A stretch of DNA of 62,462 nucleotides, filler included, from 5 parts of 5 records of this genome joined end to end with filler, not necessarily neighbours in it, one strand, 5' to 3'. Counted from the first letter of the whole stretch, positions 9,068 through 24,257 are shown. Program-made: numbers and translations. The notes: a model not told the origin generated them from the letters alone.

Positions 9068-9595
9068 GTAGCTGGAACAAAGACATGGAAAGACTATGAT
9101 AACAAGTTCAATACCCGCCCTGAAAGCATCACTGTCGAATTAATGCAAAACGGTAAAGAAATCGACAAGCAAACCGTAAAAGCAGATAAAGAAGGCAACT
9201 GGACCTATCGTTTTGAAGATCTGCCAAAATATGATGAGAAAGGTCAAGCGTACACCTATAGCATTCAAGAAGTGGCTGTCAAAGGATACAAGTCAGAAGT
9301 CCATGACTATGATTTGATCAATACTTATGTCGAATCAAAAACGCCTGAGACACCGAATGATCCTAGCGGTCCCAAAGTACCAACACCTTCTGACAAGTCT
9401 GATAAACCGAAAAAAATAGCCGGAAACGCCGAGCAAAAGCTGGATGACAAAAAGAACCAGACAGAGTCATCACAGACAGATAATGAAAAACGATTGCCAA
9501 AGACAAATGAGGAATCCTCTTATGAACTAAGTGTTCTTGGAAGTATTTTACTCACCATGATCGCCTTCCTATTCTATAAACAGAAACATATTTAA
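9068..9595 (+). CDS. C-terminal part of a CnaB-domain sortase-anchored surface protein (5' truncated by the contig edge)
   Basis: Frame is open from the contig start: VAGTKTWKD...NWTYRFEDLPKYD...YDLINT CnaB repeat, Pro-rich linker, LPKTN plus hydrophobic segment plus basic tail. Confidence 0.88.
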   Translation, partial: VAGTKTWKDYDNKFNTRPESITVELMQNGKEIDKQTVKADKEGNWTYRFEDLPKYDEKGQAYTYSIQEVAVKGYKSEVHDYDLINTYVESKTPETPNDPSGPKVPTPSDKSDKPKKIAGNAEQKLDDKKNQTESSQTDNEKRLPKTNEESSYELSVLGSILLTMIAFLFYKQKHI

Positions 9596-9601
9596 CCAAA
9601 C

Positions 9602-9648
9602 AAATCTTTGTACTGCTCCTTCGCTAGAAGTCAGTACAAAGATTTTTT
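9602..9648 (+). terminator. Intrinsic terminator
   Basis: AAATCTTTGTACTG / CAGTACAAAGATTT inverted repeat plus T run. Confidence 0.7.
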
Positions 9649-9739
9649 CTTAAAAAAGTATAGGACTTATTTAAGACTTGCGACAAAACTTTGGCTGAAA
9701 ACCGGTGTAAATGGTAAACTAAAATGAAGGGGGGATCCT

Positions 9740-10696
9740 ATGGTTTGGCTATTGCTACTACTGCTAATTTTTATTTTTTTGGTGTACTATGTATATCGCA
9801 CGTCTGTGATGAAAAAGGGCGTACGCTATTTTGTTTCGGCAATTATTATGCGTAACAATGAATGGTATGAAAAAGAAGGCAGAAAGAAACTGGGGATTCC
9901 ATACAAAGAGCGGATCGCGAAAAGCAGTTCGGCTTTTTGGTCACAAGGTTCGGAATGTACGGTAACGACCACCGATGATCTGATCCTGAGAGCAGAAGTC
10001 TTTGATCAGTGTGCTAAAACGTGGGTGATCTGCTTGCATGGGTATCGCAGTGATGGGCAAGCAGACTGTCAAGATGCGGCCGAGAAATTCTGGGCTGCGG
10101 GTTACAATGTTTTAGTTCCTGATTTGCGTGGACATGGCCGTAGTGAAGGTAAAGAGATCGGCTTAGGGTGGCTAGATCGGATGGATCTGCTTTTGTGGAT
10201 CGATAAGATTTTGGAAAAAGACCCACAAACCCAAATCTTCCTCTATGGTTTAGGGATGGGAGCGGCGACTTTACTGCTGGCCAGTGGAGAAGTCATGCCG
10301 GTGCAAGTTGCGGGTTTGATCTCAGACAGCAGTTATACGTCCGTTTATAGTGCCATTCGGGCAAGTCTACCACAATTTTCTCGGTTACCCGTCAAGCGCT
10401 TTTTGCGATTAGCCAATCGTTACAGTAAACACTTAGTCGGCTACCCCTTCCTACAAATCTCAGTGACCCGACAAGTCGGCAGCAACCATTTACCTGTGCT
10501 GTTTTTACAAGGAGAAAAGGATACGTTTCTTTCTGAAAAAGAAATCAATACTTTAATGGAAGCAACGGCTGGTCCGAAACAAAAAGTCCTTTTTCCCAAT
10601 ATGGGACATTTACAGGCAGTTAAAGATGCCCCAGAATATTGGCCAACCGTTTTGCAATTTATTGAGAATATCAAACAAAAAACAGACATTGTCTGA
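9740..10696 (+). CDS. Membrane-anchored alpha/beta hydrolase fold protein with no nucleophile Ser
   Basis: N-terminal TM, LHGY, PDLRGHGRSEG; elbow reads GLGMG; QGEKD and GH present. Confidence 0.8.
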   Translation: MVWLLLLLLIFIFLVYYVYRTSVMKKGVRYFVSAIIMRNNEWYEKEGRKKLGIPYKERIAKSSSAFWSQGSECTVTTTDDLILRAEVFDQCAKTWVICLHGYRSDGQADCQDAAEKFWAAGYNVLVPDLRGHGRSEGKEIGLGWLDRMDLLLWIDKILEKDPQTQIFLYGLGMGAATLLLASGEVMPVQVAGLISDSSYTSVYSAIRASLPQFSRLPVKRFLRLANRYSKHLVGYPFLQISVTRQVGSNHLPVLFLQGEKDTFLSEKEINTLMEATAGPKQKVLFPNMGHLQAVKDAPEYWPTVLQFIENIKQKTDIV

Positions 10697-10713
10697 TAGA
10701 AAGGGCGAAAACA

Positions 10714-10986
10714 ATGGAAATAAAAGAAGAAAACAAGCGTTTTGCTTTATATGATGGAGAAACAGAAATTGGTGAGATCACATGGCAAGAAACACCAGAT
10801 GATGTACTTGAAGTTGATCACACCTTCGTCAACCCTGATTATCGTGGACAGCAATTGGCGCAAAAATTGCTCAAAGCAGTTGTTGAAAAAGCACGACGGG
10901 AAGAGAAAAAAATTATGCCTGTCTGCTCCTTTGCGGTCAAAGAGTTCAAAGAAAAACCAGAATATGATGACGTACTCGTTCGCTGA
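10714..10986 (+). CDS. Small GNAT-like acetyltransferase (YjdJ family)
   Basis: VDHTFVNPDYRGQQLA and PVCSF motifs. Confidence 0.85.
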   Translation: MEIKEENKRFALYDGETEIGEITWQETPDDVLEVDHTFVNPDYRGQQLAQKLLKAVVEKARREEKKIMPVCSFAVKEFKEKPEYDDVLVR

Positions 10987-11009
10987 TTTGAACGAAAGCG
11001 ATCTATGAG

Positions 11010-11042
11010 AAAAAGGCTGTCAGAAAGGACAGTCTTTTTTTT
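11010..11042 (+). terminator. Intrinsic terminator
   Basis: AAAAGGCTGTC-AGAAAG-GACAGTCTTTTTTTT. Confidence 0.7.
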
Positions 11043-11142
11043 AAACCGTCACGCAACGAGCAATGACAAAAAGGGAGTAGTAATTTCTAGCGGAAAATGC
11101 TAAAATAGAAAGGACGACTTTAGCAAGCAAGGAGGAGCTAAC

Positions 11143-11379
11143 GTGTATAATATCTTATTAACTGCTGTAATTGTTATTTCGATTTTAATGGTCATTACGA
11201 TCATGATGCAGCCTAGCAAGCAAAATAGTGCAGCTAGTGCCTTTACTGGCGGTGCGGATCAATTGTTTGGTAAGCAAAAAGCCCGTGGATTTGAAGCAGT
11301 GATGCAGCGCTCAACGGCCATTTTAGGGTTTGTTTGGATGGTCTTGCTCTTTATTTTGGCTTTTCTTTCATCAAACTGA
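11143..11379 (+). CDS. secG: Preprotein translocase subunit SecG
   Basis: MMQPSK...AFTGGADQLFGKQKARGFE; conserved secG-esterase-rnr-smpB order. Confidence 0.95.
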   Translation: MYNILLTAVIVISILMVITIMMQPSKQNSAASAFTGGADQLFGKQKARGFEAVMQRSTAILGFVWMVLLFILAFLSSN

Positions 11380-11392
11380 TTATTTTGCTAGC

Positions 11393-11420
11393 GAACCTCT
11401 CGTAAAGAGAGGTTTTTTTC
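11393..11420 (+). terminator. Intrinsic terminator after secG
   Basis: AACCTCT-CGTAA-AGAGAGGTT followed by T run. Confidence 0.6.
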
Positions 11421-11502
11421 TTTTTAAGGGGAAGATTTTGATCGCATTTGTCGAAGTATTCTTCTTAACTATGGTAGAATTGGACGTGAGGTGAAAGGAA
11501 AC

Positions 11503-12255
11503 ATGAAAACATTTAATCAACCAAAACCGGTTTTTGCTGAACACGGCAAGCGAGCAGTCATTTTGTTCCATGCCTATTCAGGTAGTCCTAACGATGTGCG
11601 TATGCTTTGTCGTTCGTTAGAACAAAAAGACTACACGGTTTATACGCCGATGTTTACTGGACATGGTACGCCCAATCCAGATGATATCTTAAATCAAGGG
11701 ATGGCTGTTTGGCAGCAGGATGCTGCAGATGCAGTTACTTATGTAAGAGAAAAAGGCTATGAAGAAGTTGCCGTTCTTGGACTTTCGATGGGCGGGATTT
11801 TAGCGATGGATCGTTTGACACAAGATTCAACATTGATGGGGGGCGGACTGTTTTGTTCGCCATTATTTGAAACCAAGAATGAAGTGCCAGTCAATTTTGA
11901 AAAGTATGCTGAAATGGTCATACCCTATGCTGATTTAGACGAGGCGACCCAAAAAGAAATATTGGCAGAAGTCCCTCGTAAGGTCAGAGAGCAACTGCAA
12001 GGAATCGAAACAGTCGGACAAACCACAGCTGGGCATTTAGGGAAAATCGAGCGCCCAGTCTTTCTAGCACAAGCAGGAAAGGATCAAATGATCGATCCAC
12101 AGACGGTTTTCAAAACAGCAGGGGCACTGTCCCATGTTCCCTATACGCTTCAATGGTATCCCGAAAGCGGTCATGTGGTGACCGTTGGACCAGAACGGAA
12201 AAAATTAGAGCAGGATGTGTTTGCTTTCTTAGAAACACTTGCTTGGAAAGAGTGA
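11503..12255 (+). CDS. Carboxylesterase (YvaK/Est30-like)
   Basis: GLSMGG nucleophile elbow, KD and SGH triad residues; between secG and rnr. Confidence 0.85.
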   Translation: MKTFNQPKPVFAEHGKRAVILFHAYSGSPNDVRMLCRSLEQKDYTVYTPMFTGHGTPNPDDILNQGMAVWQQDAADAVTYVREKGYEEVAVLGLSMGGILAMDRLTQDSTLMGGGLFCSPLFETKNEVPVNFEKYAEMVIPYADLDEATQKEILAEVPRKVREQLQGIETVGQTTAGHLGKIERPVFLAQAGKDQMIDPQTVFKTAGALSHVPYTLQWYPESGHVVTVGPERKKLEQDVFAFLETLAWKE

Positions 12256-12258
12256 GTT

Positions 12259-14619
12259 ATGACAGAAACGATTAAAACAAAAATCATTCAGTTTCTCGAA
12301 GAAAGCCGCAAAAAAAGTTTTTCAATGGAAGAAATTGCTGAAGGTCTAGGACTTCAAAAAAGTACAGACTTTAAGAATCTTGTCCAGACAGTAGCGGCGA
12401 TGGAACGAGAAGGCAGTGTGATTTTTAACAAAAAAGGCAAAGTGAAATTACCCATGAAACGAGTGTTTGTGGAAGGAACCTTCCGTGCCAACGAGCGGGG
12501 CTTCGGCTTTGTCACTTTGGATGAAGAAGAAGACGATATTTATATCCCTAAAGAAGCAACAGGCTATGCCATGGACGGCGATACCGTTGCTGTGGACATC
12601 GTGCACGTTGCGGATCCTTTCTCAGATCGTGGTGCAGAGGGGAAAGTCGTTGAGATCAAACAACGGGCCATCAGTCAGTTGGTCGGCGAGTTTACATTAT
12701 TTGATGAAAAAGAGATCGAAGAGTCGGATCTATATGGCGTTGTTCAGCCTAAAGATAAAAAACTAAGTGAATTAAAGGTGTTTATTGGTGCTCAAGGGAT
12801 TCGACCTGTAGATGGGAGCATTGTGATCGTTGAAATCAGCCATTACCCAGAAAAAGGTTACTCGAAAAGCTTAGAGGGGTTGATCACGAAAGTTGTAGGA
12901 CATAAAAACGATCCTGGAATGGATATATTATCGATCGTCGTGGCGAACGGGATTCCAACAAAATTCGAGGAAGAAACCTTAGCAGCGGCAGATGCAGTAC
13001 CAGATACGATCGATCCTGCCGACTTTCCGGAACGGCGGGATTTGCGAGATCAACAGATTGTAACAATCGATGGAGCGGATGCCAAAGATTTGGATGATGC
13101 GGTGACCGTAAAAGCATTGCCTGACGGTAGCTTCTATTTGGGCGTGCATATCGCCGATGTTTCTTATTATGTGACCGAAAACAGCGCATTGGATAAAGAA
13201 GCGTTTGATCGGGGAACGAGTGTCTATCTTACGGATCGTGTGATTCCGATGATCCCACAGCGTTTATCAAACGGGATCTGTTCGTTGAATCCGAATGTCC
13301 CAAGGTTGACTATGAGCTGTGAAATGTGGATCAACCAAGAGGGGATCGTCACAGATTACAATATTTTCCAAAGTATTATTCAAACAAGTGCCCGTATGAC
13401 GTATCAAGCAGTCAATCAAATCATTGAAGACAATGATCCAGAAACCACCAAAGAATATGCGGAATTAGTACCGATGTTCCATGATATGGCCGCCTTGCAT
13501 CACGTGTTAGAAGCGATGCGCATCAAACGTGGGGCAGTTTCTTTTGAAGACCGAGAAGCAAAAGTCTTGGTCGATGGAGAAGGACACCCGCAAGAAATCG
13601 TTCTACGAGCACGGGGCGTCGGCGAACGATTGATCGAATCATTCATGTTGGCAGCCAATGAAACCGTGGCGCGTCATTTCAATCAGAAGCATTTACCATT
13701 TATTTACCGGATCCATGAGGAACCAAAAGAAGAGAAAATGCGCCGCTTCTTTGATTTTGCATCTGCTTTAGGGATCGTAGTCAAGCAGACCAATGGCTCG
13801 ATCTCACCAAAACAATTGCAAAAAGTTGTTGAAGATGTCGCAGATAAGCCAGAGGCAATGGTTGTCAATACGATGCTACTAAGAAGTATGCAACAAGCGA
13901 AGTATTCTGAAGAAAACGTCGGTCACTATGGTTTGGCAGCGGAAGATTATACCCACTTCACGTCACCGATCCGTCGTTATCCCGACTTGATCGTACATCG
14001 TTTGATTCGATCTTACAGTGAAGATGTCTCAGAAGCCAACCAAAACAAATGGGCTGAAATCTTGCCGGACATCGCGCTGCACAGCTCCCAAATGGAACGA
14101 CGAGCAGTCGATGCAGAAAGAGAAGTCGATGCGCTTAAAAAAGCTGAGTATATGGCCGATAAAGTAGGAGAAGAGTTTGACGGTATCATCAGTTCCGTCG
14201 TTAAGTTTGGCTTGTTTATTGAATTGCCTAACACGATTGAAGGGTTGATCCATATCAATAATCTGAAGCAAGATTACTTCCATTATTTGGAAAACCATCT
14301 GGCACTTGTGGGTGAACGGACAGGCCTGACCTTTAAAATTGGTCAGAAAGTTCGCATCAAAGTCGTAAAGGCTGATCCAGAAACAAGAGAGATCGATTTC
14401 GAACTGGTAGCAGCAGAAGAAGTTGAAAAACTGCAAGCACCAAAAGCCAACAAACGTAACAACAATCAAAAAAATGAAGCTAGCCGCCGTGGAAAAAAAC
14501 AACGAAACCCTGAGAAAAACCAAGGGAAACGCTTTGAGCAATCAGGTAAAGGCAAGCCGAAAAAAGCTGGCAAAGTGAAAAAGAAAAAACCTTTTTACAA
14601 AGGAATCAAGAAAAAATAA
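12259..14619 (+). CDS. rnr: Ribonuclease R
   Basis: TIDGADAKDLDDA, HFTSPIRRYPDL, S1 domain and basic tail. Confidence 0.97.
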   Translation: MTETIKTKIIQFLEESRKKSFSMEEIAEGLGLQKSTDFKNLVQTVAAMEREGSVIFNKKGKVKLPMKRVFVEGTFRANERGFGFVTLDEEEDDIYIPKEATGYAMDGDTVAVDIVHVADPFSDRGAEGKVVEIKQRAISQLVGEFTLFDEKEIEESDLYGVVQPKDKKLSELKVFIGAQGIRPVDGSIVIVEISHYPEKGYSKSLEGLITKVVGHKNDPGMDILSIVVANGIPTKFEEETLAAADAVPDTIDPADFPERRDLRDQQIVTIDGADAKDLDDAVTVKALPDGSFYLGVHIADVSYYVTENSALDKEAFDRGTSVYLTDRVIPMIPQRLSNGICSLNPNVPRLTMSCEMWINQEGIVTDYNIFQSIIQTSARMTYQAVNQIIEDNDPETTKEYAELVPMFHDMAALHHVLEAMRIKRGAVSFEDREAKVLVDGEGHPQEIVLRARGVGERLIESFMLAANETVARHFNQKHLPFIYRIHEEPKEEKMRRFFDFASALGIVVKQTNGSISPKQLQKVVEDVADKPEAMVVNTMLLRSMQQAKYSEENVGHYGLAAEDYTHFTSPIRRYPDLIVHRLIRSYSEDVSEANQNKWAEILPDIALHSSQMERRAVDAEREVDALKKAEYMADKVGEEFDGIISSVVKFGLFIELPNTIEGLIHINNLKQDYFHYLENHLALVGERTGLTFKIGQKVRIKVVKADPETREIDFELVAAEEVEKLQAPKANKRNNNQKNEASRRGKKQRNPEKNQGKRFEQSGKGKPKKAGKVKKKKPFYKGIKKK

Positions 14620-14634
14620 TTGGAGGGATGGCCC

Positions 14635-15093
14635 GTGCCTAAAGGAGAAGGGAAATTAATCGCCCAAAACAAAAAGGCCCGCCATGATTACACGATCCTC
14701 GATACGATCGAAGCGGGGATCGTCTTACAGGGAACAGAGATCAAAGCGATCCGTAACAGCCGGATCAATTTGAAAGACGGCTTTGTACGCATTCGTAACG
14801 GTGAGGCATTCTTAGTCAATGTGCATATCAGTCCTTACGAGCAAGGAAACATTTTTAATCACGATCCATTGCGGACGAGAAAACTGTTGCTACACAAAAA
14901 GCAGATCGCTCGTCTGATTGGCGAAACAAAAAATACCGGTATGACGATTGTGCCATTAAAGGTGTATATCAAGGATGGTTATGCCAAAGTTTTGATTGGT
15001 TTAGCGAAAGGAAAACGCGAATATGACAAGCGGGAATCCTTGAAACGCAAAGATCAAGAAAGACAAATTGACCGAGTTCTTAGAAATTTCTAA
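14635..15093 (+). CDS. smpB: SsrA-binding protein
   Basis: [32 protein letters not shown] start with GGAGG RBS. Confidence 0.97.
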   Translation: MPKGEGKLIAQNKKARHDYTILDTIEAGIVLQGTEIKAIRNSRINLKDGFVRIRNGEAFLVNVHISPYEQGNIFNHDPLRTRKLLLHKKQIARLIGETKNTGMTIVPLKVYIKDGYAKVLIGLAKGKREYDKRESLKRKDQERQIDRVLRNF

Positions 15094-15112
15094 TTTTCTA
15101 AGAACTTCTTTT
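15075..15112 (+). terminator. Inverted repeat overlapping the smpB stop
   Basis: AGTTCTTAGAAA / TTTCTAAGAACT followed by TCTTTT. Confidence 0.5.
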
Positions 15113-15379
15113 AGAATCCGATAGAGGTTATTGCTTTGAAAATCACGCTAAATTTGGTAGCATTTAAGGGAAAGCTGTTGATATAACAGGCTTTTTCTTC
15201 CACATAGCGACACGAGGATTTTTCAATTAATTTAGGATTTTTGGCATTGTGAGTTTTTTGTCTAATTTTCTTGAAAATGCTTTGAAATTTTCCATTCGTG
15301 GTGGTATGATACCGATTGTTATGAGAGGAAACGCATTGTAACACCAGATTTTTTCTGGAGATGACAGGAAAAGAGGTGA

Positions 15380-16105
<726 letters not shown>

Positions 16106-16125
16106 TCGAATCGACATACAATTAG

Positions 16126-16350
<225 letters not shown>

Positions 16351-16438
16351 GACAAGCACGAAAAGGCAGAAACGAACAATTGCACTCGTTTTTGCTTTTT
16401 TCTAATGAAACAATGACTTTCAGAAAGGAAGAATCGTT

Positions 16439-16963
16439 ATGCTAAATCAGTTGGTTATAGCGGAAGTTCAAAATCCAATGCTTGGCAATATTATCGTTGT
16501 CAGCGGATCAATTCTTCTTTTGCTATTCTTATTGAAACATTTTGCATGGGATGCCATCAGCAGCATGATGCAAAAACGGGAAGATAAAATCGCCAATGAT
16601 TTGGATTCAGCGGAACAATCACGCTTGAATGCAGCAAAATTAGAAAAAGAACGCCAAGAAAAATTGGCACGTTCTCATTCTGAAGCTGCGGAGATCATCA
16701 AGAGCGCCAAAGATAGCGGGGAATTGAGTCGACAAAATATTTTGAGCGAGACCAAAGAAGAAGTGGCTCGTTTGAAAGAAAAAGCAAACTCAGATATCAC
16801 CCTTGAAAAAGAAACTGCGTTAAAAGAAGTGAAAGATGATGTTGCAGAACTTTCGCTTCAAATCGCAGAAAAAATCTTAGGCCGCGAATTGACTCCCGAA
16901 AATCATGAATCCCTAATCAATCAATATATCGAAGGATTGGGTTCAGTTAATGAAACTCGATAA
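16439..16963 (+). CDS. atpF: F0 ATP synthase subunit b
   Basis: One N-terminal TM plus coiled coil, AEKIL; operon position. Confidence 0.93.
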   Translation: MLNQLVIAEVQNPMLGNIIVVSGSILLLLFLLKHFAWDAISSMMQKREDKIANDLDSAEQSRLNAAKLEKERQEKLARSHSEAAEIIKSAKDSGELSRQNILSETKEEVARLKEKANSDITLEKETALKEVKDDVAELSLQIAEKILGRELTPENHESLINQYIEGLGSVNETR

Positions 16964-17492
16964 ATTCACAGTGGGAAAACGTTATGGAAAAGCGTTGTTC
17001 GAATTGGCGATGGAAGAACAGCGCTTGACAGAAGTTTACCAAGAATTATTGACCTTGCGTCAGATTTATCAGGAAATTCCAACATTCGGCCAAATCGTGA
17101 CCGATAACCGTTTGGATCTTCATGAGAAAAGACAATTAGTCGATCAATTGCTGAAGGGCTTTGAAGGTTTAGTCAGAAATTTCTTGGAGATCGTTTATGA
17201 ATATGATCGCATGGATGATTTATTGCTGATCATTGATGAATACGAACGTCGTTACGATGAATATCAAGGTCTTGTTCTCGGAACGATCACAACGGCTGTT
17301 GCTTTGTCAGCAGAACAAAAAAGCAAAATCGAAAAGCAAATCGCCGATAAGCTTGGGTACAAGCAGGCACAATTGAAAGAAACGATCGATCCAACGATTT
17401 TAGGCGGTGTCATCGTTGAAGCAAATCATCAAGTGATCGACGGTAGTATTAAGAGCCAACTGGATTATCTGCGACAAAAAATCGGCAGATAA
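16950..17492 (+). CDS. atpH: F1 ATP synthase subunit delta
   Basis: RYGKALF, IDPTILGG and IDGS. Confidence 0.93.
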   Translation: MKLDKFTVGKRYGKALFELAMEEQRLTEVYQELLTLRQIYQEIPTFGQIVTDNRLDLHEKRQLVDQLLKGFEGLVRNFLEIVYEYDRMDDLLLIIDEYERRYDEYQGLVLGTITTAVALSAEQKSKIEKQIADKLGYKQAQLKETIDPTILGGVIVEANHQVIDGSIKSQLDYLRQKIGR

Positions 17493-17503
17493 ACAAGAGA
17501 TAA

Positions 17504-19072
<1,569 letters not shown>

Positions 19073-19088
19073 AAAGAGGTGAGAGAAA

Positions 19089-21424
<2,336 letters not shown>

Positions 21425-21455
21425 TTAACCAGCCTTGAAGAAAGAGGGGAACCTC

Positions 21456-21878
21456 ATGGATCAATTTTTAACAGTCAATGTGGTGACACCTGCTGGTTTG
21501 GTTTACGATCATCACGCGAAAATCGTGGTTGCACGTACGACAGATGGTGAGATCGGTATTTTGCCGCATCATGCCCCAATCATCGTTCCTTTGACGATTG
21601 ATGAAGTCCGGGTCAAACGGATCGATTCAGATACTCACGTCGACTGGGTCGCCGTTAATGGCGGTATCCTTGAAGTGCGGGACAATGTTGTCTCCATCGT
21701 AGCCGATAGTGCGGAACGTGATCGTGATATCGACGTTTCACGGGCAGAAAGAGCAAAACAACGTGCAGAACGTCAAATCGAAGAGGCCAAACAAGTCGAA
21801 GATATCGACCAGCTTCGTCGCGCAACGGTTGCTTTGCACCGCGCCATTAATCGAATCAACGTGTCAAAACATTCCTAA
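21456..21878 (+). CDS. atpC: F1 ATP synthase subunit epsilon
   Basis: [15 protein letters not shown] and C-terminal helices. Confidence 0.95.
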   Translation: MDQFLTVNVVTPAGLVYDHHAKIVVARTTDGEIGILPHHAPIIVPLTIDEVRVKRIDSDTHVDWVAVNGGILEVRDNVVSIVADSAERDRDIDVSRAERAKQRAERQIEEAKQVEDIDQLRRATVALHRAINRINVSKHS

Positions 21879-21912
21879 AAAAACAAGGGCATCTTGCCTT
21901 TGTTTTTTTTTA
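21879..21912 (+). terminator. atp operon terminator
   Basis: AAAACAAGGGC-ATCTT-GCCTTTGTTTTTTTTT. Confidence 0.7.
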
Positions 21913-22036
21913 TTCGAGAAAACGTTTTAAAAACTTTTTAAAGTCTTTTCATGAAGGTTTCAAGAAAGATTATTTTTTATCTTGACATCTTTGTGGTATG
22001 ATAGGAATGTTCAATTATGAAAAAGGAGCAGGAAGT

Positions 22037-22270
22037 ATGCAAGTGTATGGAATTGATGCAATCATTCGAATCGTGAGTCATTTAGCGTTCATCTATTTAG
22101 CATTTTGGGCATTGCAATCTGTGCGGATCGATGCTTTTTTTAAAGCCTTACGAACGACTCAGATACGAATGATCATGGTGTTTCTTGCGATTGCATTAGG
22201 CTACACCGCCAGTACTTTTTTCCTTGAGTTGATTGCGTTATGTCGTAATTTATTTTTAACAGGTTTTTAA
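22037..22270 (+). CDS. DUF1146/YwzB-family small membrane protein
   Basis: AFWALQS and AIALGY; usual position between atpC and murA. Confidence 0.8.
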   Translation: MQVYGIDAIIRIVSHLAFIYLAFWALQSVRIDAFFKALRTTQIRMIMVFLAIALGYTASTFFLELIALCRNLFLTGF

Positions 22271-22360
22271 GAATTTCATTAATATATGCAAAAACACCGA
22301 ATATTATGCTATAATTGGCAAGATTTGTGTGAGTCACTGCATTATTTGGAGGGAACATAA

Positions 22361-23653
22361 ATGGAAGAGATGATCGTTCAAGGTGGTAATCGATTAACTG
22401 GAACAGTGAAGATCGAAGGGGCAAAAAATGCTGTTCTACCTATCTTAGCGGCAAGCTTATTAGCGGAAGAAGGAACAACGACATTAACAAATGTACCGAT
22501 CCTTTCCGATGTATTAACAATGAAAGAAGTGATTCGGCATTTAAATGTCGCAATCGATTTTGAAGAAGAAAACAATACGATGACGATCGATGCATCACAA
22601 GAGTTAGCGATCGAAGCACCTTATGAGTATGTAAGCCAAATGCGCGCTTCAATCGTAGTCATGGGGCCTTTGTTAGCCCGTAATGGTCATGCCAAAGTGG
22701 CAATGCCTGGCGGCTGTGCAATCGGCAAACGACCAATTGATTTGCATTTGAAGGGATTTCAAGCACTAGGCGCTCAAATCATCCAAAAAGATGGATACAT
22801 AGAAGCGATCGCCGATGAGTTAAAAGGCAATAGCATTTACTTGGATTTCCCAAGTGTCGGCGCAACGCAAAATATCATGATGGCTGCCGTAAAAGCTAAA
22901 GGTATCACCATCATTGAAAACGTCGCTCGTGAACCTGAAATCGTCGATTTAGCAAACATTTTAAACAAAATGGGTGCCAAAGTCTTTGGTGCAGGAACCG
23001 AAACGATGCGTATCGAAGGGGTCGATCACCTTCATGCGGTGGAACATTCGATCGTCCAAGACCGTATCGAAGCAGGAACCTTTATGGTTGCAGCAGCGAT
23101 GACCCAAGGAGACGTCATTATTAAAGATGCGATCTCAGAACACAATCGTCCATTGATCTCAAAATTGATCGAAATGGGCGCAGAAGTGACTGAAGTAGCT
23201 GAAGGGATTCGTGTCGTTGGACCTGAACAATTGAAGGCAACAGATGTGAAAACAATGCCTCATCCAGGTTTTCCTACGGACATGCAAGCGCAAATGTCTG
23301 CTATTCAACTTTTAGCAGCTGGAACGAGTGTTGTGAACGAAACTGTATTTGAGAACCGTTTCCAACATTTAGAAGAAATGCGTCGGATGAATGCTCATGT
23401 CAAAATAGACGGCAACGTAGCAGTGATCGAAGGCGGCCATGAATTGCAAGGTGCGCTGGTCTATGCAACGGATTTACGTGCAGCAGCAGCGTTAATTTTA
23501 TTAGGTCTACGTTCAACTGGTCGGACACGTGTCCGCAATCTAAAATATTTGGATCGTGGCTATTACAAATTCCATGAAAAATTGCAGCAATTAGGTGCTT
23601 CTGTGGAACGAGTTTCTGAAGCAGTTGAAGAAACCGTACCAGTAAACGCATAG
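22361..23653 (+). CDS. murA: UDP-N-acetylglucosamine 1-carboxyvinyltransferase
   Basis: [13 protein letters not shown] (catalytic Cys retained), PGFPTD and TDLRA. Confidence 0.97.
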   Translation: MEEMIVQGGNRLTGTVKIEGAKNAVLPILAASLLAEEGTTTLTNVPILSDVLTMKEVIRHLNVAIDFEEENNTMTIDASQELAIEAPYEYVSQMRASIVVMGPLLARNGHAKVAMPGGCAIGKRPIDLHLKGFQALGAQIIQKDGYIEAIADELKGNSIYLDFPSVGATQNIMMAAVKAKGITIIENVAREPEIVDLANILNKMGAKVFGAGTETMRIEGVDHLHAVEHSIVQDRIEAGTFMVAAAMTQGDVIIKDAISEHNRPLISKLIEMGAEVTEVAEGIRVVGPEQLKATDVKTMPHPGFPTDMQAQMSAIQLLAAGTSVVNETVFENRFQHLEEMRRMNAHVKIDGNVAVIEGGHELQGALVYATDLRAAAALILLGLRSTGRTRVRNLKYLDRGYYKFHEKLQQLGASVERVSEAVEETVPVNA

Positions 23654-23673
23654 TAGGAGTAGGAGAGAATAAA

Positions 23674-23850
23674 GTGAAGTTGAACCGTTACATTCTAACT
23701 AGCTTGATAAAAATTCTAATCGTCATATTATTAGCTATTTTATTGTTCTTAGCCGGAACGATGATTGGCTATGGGGTGATTGGCGACGGTAGTCCTTTTA
23801 AAGTCTTCTCTCCAAGTCTTTGGAATCATATCTTTGAGTTTATGAAGTAA
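23674..23850 (+). CDS. EpuA-family small membrane protein, 58 aa (not in the ORF track)
   Basis: GTG start after AGGAG: MKLNRYILTSLIKILIVILLAILLFLAGTMIGYGVIGDGSPFKVFSPSLWNHIFEFMK. G-MIGYG..W.HI pattern and position after murA fit EpuA. Confidence 0.75.
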   Translation: MKLNRYILTSLIKILIVILLAILLFLAGTMIGYGVIGDGSPFKVFSPSLWNHIFEFMK

Positions 23851-23855
23851 CCCCA

Positions 23856-23893
23856 AACTAGGACTTATGCCTCGTGCTGAGTCCTAGTTTTTT
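23856..23893 (+). terminator. Intrinsic terminator
   Basis: AAACTAGGACTT / GAGTCCTAGTTT plus T run. Confidence 0.65.
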
Positions 23894-23942
23894 CTATCTA
23901 TCTTCACTGAATCGTGATCATAAAAAGAAAGGTTGGCAAGAA

Positions 23943-24218
23943 ATGAGTAAACTTTTGATTGGCTTTGTTCGTTTCTATCAACGTTTTATTTCCCCATTAT
24001 TTCCTCCTAGCTGTCGTTATTATCCGACTTGCTCAGGATACATGATCCAAGCGATCCAAGTCCATGGCGCAGCCAAAGGAGGTTTGATGGGGGTAGCTCG
24101 TATCTTACGCTGCCATCCCTTTGTAAAAGGCGGTATAGATTACGTACCCCAGACGTTTACTTTAAAACGAAATACGCAAGACAAAGTCAAACCAACGTAC
24201 CGTTATCGGAAAAGTTAA
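23943..24218 (+). CDS. yidD: Membrane protein insertion efficiency factor YidD
   Basis: [15 protein letters not shown] and RILRCHP. Confidence 0.93.
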   Translation: MSKLLIGFVRFYQRFISPLFPPSCRYYPTCSGYMIQAIQVHGAAKGGLMGVARILRCHPFVKGGIDYVPQTFTLKRNTQDKVKPTYRYRKS

Positions 24219-24257
24219 AAGGAATCAACAAAAATGTAAAAAAGGAGCCAAAAAGCC

